Below, piece by piece: positions 58,910-64,000 of a stretch of DNA of 64,000 bases. Source of the stretch: the human T2T-CHM13v2.0 reference genome, Homo sapiens; the NCBI RefSeq assembly GCF_009914755.1, contig NC_060927.1, one strand, 5' to 3'. The notes beneath the pieces are model-generated. The model made no database searches and was not told the origin of the DNA. It saw nothing but the letters and a program-made list of their open reading frames with translations. The number at the start of each line of letters is the position of its first letter. Positions within the stretch are counted from its first letter, which is position 1. The translations under genes were made by a program, and so were the position numbers.

Positions 58910-59434
58910 CTAAGAAAAGAAAACATCAAAAAGAATGAAAAAAAATTACCTCAACACAGATACTGAACAAAACATACCCACATAATACTAGAATTATTCA
59001 TCTTTGACGATTTAGAGAAGGAACTAAGAAGGTCTCAGAAGCTACGGCATGGATGATGCCATTTGAGAAGACATGAGGTCATTGAGCGGACGCTCTCTGG
59101 GTTGTAGCAGAGATGGTGAAGGAGAACCGGATCCAGAAGATGAGTGAAGTTCAGGGGAACATAGTAAAGGGAGAAGAAAGAGGAGGAGATTCTGGAGCTG
59201 GGACCAGGAAGAGGAAGTGGGGCTGAAGAAAAAAAGAAGAATTTAGAATCTGTATAAAATAAGTAGGTTTAAATTTTAGTCCTTAAAATATCTCTGATTT
59301 TAAACTGTTTCTTCTCTTCTTCCTCTTGCTCTGCATCTTCTCCTTCTCTGCCTTCTTGACTTTCTTCTGATCTTCTCCTCTTCTTCGTTCTCTGACAGCC
59401 CCTCTTCTTCCTCCTCACTCCCCAAGAGAGCAGC

Positions 59435-59830
59435 TGTATTAGTTTACTAGGGCTGTCATAACAAAGTACCACAGACTGGATCACTTAAATAACATAAATT
59501 CATTTTCTCACGATTGTGGAGTCTAGACATCCACGACCAAGGTTTCGGCAGGGTAGGTTTCTTCTGAGGCCTCTCTCCTTGGATTGCAGATGGCCACCCT
59601 TCTCCTTGTGTCTCTACATCATGGTCTTTACTTTGTGCCTGTCTGTGTGCTAATATCTTCTTATAAGAATGCTGGTCATATTGAATTAAGGTTCATCCCA
59701 ATTACCTCATTTTAATTTCATTGCCTTTGTCTTTTTAAAGGCCCTATCTTCAAATATAGTCATATTCTGAGATACTGGGGTTAGAATTTGAACACATGAA
59801 ATTGGGTGGGACACAGTTCAACCCACAACA
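59435..59830 (-). mobile_element. MLT1A-type solo LTR
   Basis: tgtattagtttactagggctgtcataacaaagtaccacagactgg...gggacacagttcaacccacaaca. Confidence 0.85.
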
Positions 59831-61850
59831 GGGGGCATCAGAGGGAATATTTTTCCCTTTCTGAAGGGTAAAGATCTTCCTAACATATTGTGGACATGGA
59901 GAGTGATCTTTGAGCGCACAGTAAGTGCCAGGGTCTCTTCTACAGAATCCAAAGACTTTCGAGAAGCCCCTCAGTTTAGGATCCACACTTCAGGGGTATA
60001 GATCCTATGAAGAGGAAGGAAGACCAGTTATCTAAAGACTGAATCAGCAGAGTACTGTGAAAAGACAGGAACATTAGCCCGGGAAACACTACTGTGGTCT
60101 GTGGTGTTTGGGTGAGAACCCACGGACCTCTCCCAGACAGGAAATTCCACCAGACATTGGGATGGGCTGTGCTGGCAACACCCTCCTTACATACCTTTAT
60201 AAGGATCCAAGCCAAGTGTTTTCTTTTTTCTGTTTAGTATTTCTAATCAGAATAACTGGCAACCTGCACCATGTAATAGTATCAGTAGTTCTGATTGAAA
60301 GAAATTCTCTATTTTATGTATTTTAACATTAGCACAATTTGTCCACCTCAGTTTCTCAGTCAAAAGTTTCCTCTGAGTTCTGCTCAGTTGAGGGCAGCTT
60401 CCAGGAGATCCTGAGAGTCCAACCTTTGCCCTACATGTCAGAAGAGCCGAGCTATTTCAATTAATATATTCAATAAATGGTGATAATTAAGTAAAATAAG
60501 TTTTGGTAAAAATTTAAAAAATTAAGTTTTGGGAGGAACCCAAGGTTAATATATCAAATCTAGTCTCTCCATTAAAATGTTTCAAATAAATTACCCATTT
60601 CCCACATTCTGTATTCAGTGGGGAACATCCCATCTTCTCCTTTGTGCTCAAGAAATGGCAGGGAGTCCAGAAACCTTATTTTGTATTCTAACATGTCACC
60701 AGTGTCATTCCAGAGATTTCTCATTTTTCTCTTTCTCTTCTGAACAGGGACTGTGAGGGAAATTCAGAAGCACAGTCCCATAACCTTGGTGTGGGCGTAT
60801 GAATCCTGTGGCAGCTGGACTCAGTTCTCCGCTGTGAGCACATACTCTGTGGGAGCTGTGGAGGTAGATGCTGTGGTTTTGACCCTCACCTCCTTCTGTA
60901 GCCACAAAAGCAAGTGGTTCTTTAACTTCCCTTTTGGAGAGCAGCTTCTTTTTATAGAAATATTAGGTAGGAAGAATGATTTGTATGGAGAAGTGAAGGT
61001 ATCATGAAGATCCAGTGAGGAATGTAAATCTAGCATGGGTCCAGGTTTCAAATTGTCTTAAAATATTGACTGCCTGAAATTTGCTTCCAGAAGTTACTAG
61101 GTAAGAAGTCACTAGAGATGGGAGATCACCACTTCCTAAATTACTCTTTTGTATTTTGTTTTGGAGAAGAGAAACAGAAATGCCAAAAAGCACAGCTCTG
61201 GGCATCTTATCCACATCAAAGACTGTATGAATGGCTGTTCCCTGCCTATCCTGCCATCCTGAGCATTCCTGGGACAAGATGGAACATCGGCAGTGGGTGG
61301 AACAACCTAACAATGAATTCAGCATAGGCACACACACAAAAAAAGATAAATAGGACAGAGTAACTAATGGGAATCAATAGTAGAGAGATTTGCAGTGCAA
61401 CTCAGGATGGAAGAGTTTAAATGTTTCTTGAGCAAAATAAGATCCAGAAGTTAAACCAGTGGAATTGGGGTGAAAGAATAGAGTGAGGATGGGCATGAAG
61501 ATCCTGGAGCACAAGCCCTGCTACTGAAAAGCTGCTCTATAGAAAAGTCTAGGTGTTCAAATAGTGAGGCTCTACTTAGTGTCCAGGGATGGGCTGGGCT
61601 GTGAGTGACCAGCCCATATTTTCACTGGTTCCCTAGCCCCAATTCTGGACACTTTAAACTCGATTAGTTGACGTGCAGTAAACATCTATGCATGTATGTG
61701 TCCCTTTGAGAGTGAGAGAAGTACATAACATCCTCTAAGATAAATAACAGTCACTTTTCCAAGTTGATATTTAGGAATTAGAGATAATATCTGAAAATCC
61801 GCAAATTACTGCTTAGCATTTGACAGACGTAAAACAAATTGTGACCATAT

Positions 61851-62580
61851 AAACCACAATGAGATACCATCTCACACCAGTTAGAATGGCAATCATTAAA
61901 AAGTCAGGAAACAACAGGTGCTGGAGAGGATGTGGAGAAATAGGAACACTTTTACACTGTTGGTGGGACTGTAAACTAGTTCAACCATTGTGTAAGTCAG
62001 TGTGGCGATTCCTCAGGGATCTAGAACTAGAAATACCATTTGACCCAGCCATCTCATTACTGGGTGTATACCCAAAGGACTATAAATCATGCTGCTATAA
62101 AGACACATGCACACGTATGTTTATTGCGGCACTATTCACAATAGCAAAGACTTGGAACCAACCCAAATGTCCAACAATGATAGACTGGATTAAGAAAATG
62201 TGGCACATATACACCATGGAATACTATGCAGCCATAAAAAATGATGAGTTCATGTCCCTTGTAGGGACATGGATGAAATTGGAAATCATCATTCTCAGTA
62301 AACTATCGCAAGGACAAAAAACCAAACACCGTGTGTTCTCACTCATAGGTGGGAATTGAACAATGAGAACACATGGACACAGGAAGGGGAACATCACACT
62401 TGGGACTGTTGTGGGGTGGGGGGAGGGGGGAGGGATAGCATTAGGAGATATACCTAATGCAAAATGGCGAGTTAATGGGTGTAGCACACCAGCATGGCAC
62501 ATGTATACATATGTAACTACCCTGCACATTGTGCACATGTACCCTAAAACTTAAAGTATAATAATAATAATTAAAAAAAA
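61851..62580 (+). mobile_element. 5'-truncated young primate L1 (L1PA3/4-like): ORF2 C-terminus, 3'UTR and poly(A)
   Basis: ORF 61859-62359 is L1 ORF2p C-terminus ([29 protein letters not shown]...SLIGGN), followed by the G-rich 3'UTR and A tail. Confidence 0.95.
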
Positions 62581-63224
62581 GCAATTTATCCCCAAGGTTG
62601 TTTGGTTTTTTTTTCTTTTTTTTTTTGCCTGTTCTGAATGATTTCAGAGTAACATAGAGAATGTGAGTCTATTGCCCGTCACTCAGTGCTAGCACATGCA
62701 GATTGCTAAAGCAGTATATCAGCCTTGACCCTTCCTTCACACTCATGACATTCAGGCAAGTTCAAGAGCACATATGGAATCTGCCATGCAAGAAATATAA
62801 AAACATTAGATAAAGAAGGGTATAACCATGGCACATAAGCTGCTTTAAAAATGTTTAACAGTATAACTGTCTAGCTTAATAATATACTTAAAATTAAAAC
62901 GAAAATTCTTTTAAGATTCAAGATAGTCGAGGAAAAGGTCTTTCTTGAAGTGAGAGAAGAGCTGAAAATACTAGGCTGCATTTTTCTTTTTAGAAACTTA
63001 AGTTCAGATAAAAGAAGCATAATTGCATTTACTTATTAAATACCTGGAGGTAAATAAAGAAAAATAGTCCAATGTTAGCATGTTGACTCCTTTGACTAAC
63101 ATATTTTGTTAAAATATCAATAACCCTGTTTCCCTCTATGCCCTGTGGAAGGTGCTTTTGATTTTAGGAGGAAGAACTATTGTTTTGGAGACTTTAATTA
63201 TCCTTCCTAAAAGAACCATTTCCC

Positions 63225-63591
<367 letters not shown>

Positions 63592-64000
63592 TCAATATAA
63601 TCATTATCTTGGAAAACTAAGTTTGATGTTAACAAATTTTTGTTTATTTTTACCCCACTTTTCATCTTGCTGTTAGTTTTCCCCAGGGCACACCCTGCTC
63701 CATCTATTGTAAATTTCATGGTGGCCCAGTTTCTGAAAGACGGCTTTAGCTATTATCTCTGTTAAGCGCTCCCGAGGTAACTGTAGTGTGTAATGCAGTA
63801 ACTTAGAATAAAGTCTCACAACAGTCCCTGCTTGAGCCAATACTTAAGATGAAGAAATAGCTATCAATTATGGCTTCCCAGAAATCAGTAAGTTGTTTTT
63901 TTCTACTCACAGCTAAGGCTGGCAGCTGCAAATAACTCTAAGCCCTGAATTTCCTCTGTTCTTTACTTCCTTATGCAAACTGGAAAATGAAGGGAAGGGC

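Noticed and set aside
59113-59226. Purine-rich short ORF (MVKENRIQKMSEVQG...) resembling a retrocopy fragment
   Set aside because: Only ~37 codons, with no parent gene recognised and no poly(A)/TSD.
61859-62359. Intact-looking 166-aa ORF
   Set aside because: C-terminal end of ORF2p in a 5'-truncated L1, with no promoter or EN/RT domains.

Overview
Mammalian, Alu-rich (primate, recognisably human chr3q28) genomic DNA. It holds the complete five-exon coding region of CLDN16 (claudin-16/paracellin-1, + strand; CDS exons 12494/12704-12817, 26652-26754, 29077-29241, 32629-32820, 34218-34351, which splice in frame to 305 aa from Met1 or 235 aa from Met71). It also holds the last coding exon and 3'UTR of the convergently transcribed TMEM207 (- strand, 53911-54047); its upstream exons lie beyond the window. 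The rest is intron and intergenic DNA full of Alu, L1, L2/MIR, MaLR/ERV1 LTRs, DNA-transposon fossils and microsatellites, which explain nearly all other ORFs in the track. I see no RNA genes, CRISPR array or new protein-coding system. The best leads are cis-architectural features around CLDN16: two uORFs chained stop-to-start onto the Met71 codon, a donor site regenerated at the exon 3/4 junction, tandem poly(A) signals at the start of intron 4, a ~170-bp fold-back plus a 170-nt alternating purine-pyrimidine minisatellite in intron 4, a perfect 18-bp palindrome upstream, a convergent CTCF-like motif pair, and a young AluYd insertion. Repeat subfamily names are from recall of consensus sequences and need RepeatMasker/Dfam confirmation.
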